IMG/VR virus record: IMGVR_UViG_3300025103_000148
Coordinates: 1-24,822 of that record
Length of the DNA: 24,822 nt
Reading direction: 5' to 3' (one strand)
Source of the DNA: a virus
Lineage: Duplodnaviria > Caudoviricetes
The notes under the pieces are model-generated. The model worked only from the letters and a program-made list of their open reading frames with translations. It was not told the DNA's origin and did no database searches. The position numbers were made by a program, and so were the translations under genes. This document shows positions 24,693-24,822 of the stretch, in pieces. Position 1 is the stretch's first letter, and every line of letters begins with the position of its first letter.

Positions 24693-24822
24693 CTGCCCAT
24701 TTCAACCTTTTTAACTTTACCACCATTTGCAATAACATCCTTCTTGAACCTATCAACATATTTTTTTAATGTTCTTTTATCCTTCGCAGGCTTATATTGT
24801 ACAGGAGGAATCATTGATTGCC
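24689..24822 (-). CDS. 3' end of an upstream gene (partial)
   Basis: Open frame ...QSMIPPVQYKPAKDKRTLKKYVDRFKKDVIANGGKVKKVEMGR* ending in an ATGA overlap with the kinase gene. Confidence 0.6.
   Translation of the reverse strand, partial: QSMIPPVQYKPAKDKRTLKKYVDRFKKDVIANGGKVKKVEMGR

Noticed and set aside
1-24822. Stop-codon reassignment or alternative genetic code
   Set aside because: The standard code gives dense, coupled, full-length genes ending in TAA, TAG and TGA, and neither tRNA is a suppressor.

Overview
AT-rich fragment of a large T4-like (myovirus) phage genome, with every credible gene on the minus strand. Bases 1-8039 are a baseplate/tail module: gp7-like (partial), gp6, gp25, PAAR gp5.4 and gp5 without a lysozyme domain. 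A holin-like gene sits inside this module and a lipoprotein gene with an apparently overprinted second gene sits just upstream. Bases ~9000-24700 are rich in probable capsid-internal (injected) proteins. Five start with a T4-IP-like capsid-targeting N-terminus (MKS[YF]...E). Two look like modular polyproteins built from unrelated 44-122 aa domains joined by a repeated ESVELDE linker that is also conserved at the DNA level. The region also encodes a nucleotidyltransferase-RimK-aspartic protease triple fusion, an FtsZ/tubulin-family GTPase coupled to a tiny membrane protein, a DUF6267-like protein and a P-loop kinase. A small sigma70-type transcription unit carries tRNA-Arg(UCU) and a short-variable-arm tRNA-Leu(UAA). 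The best candidate for an undescribed system is the ESVELDE-linked cassette polyprotein: protease-processed cargo that may be shuffled by recombination at the linker DNA. All family calls come from recognising motifs by eye; no database searches were run.
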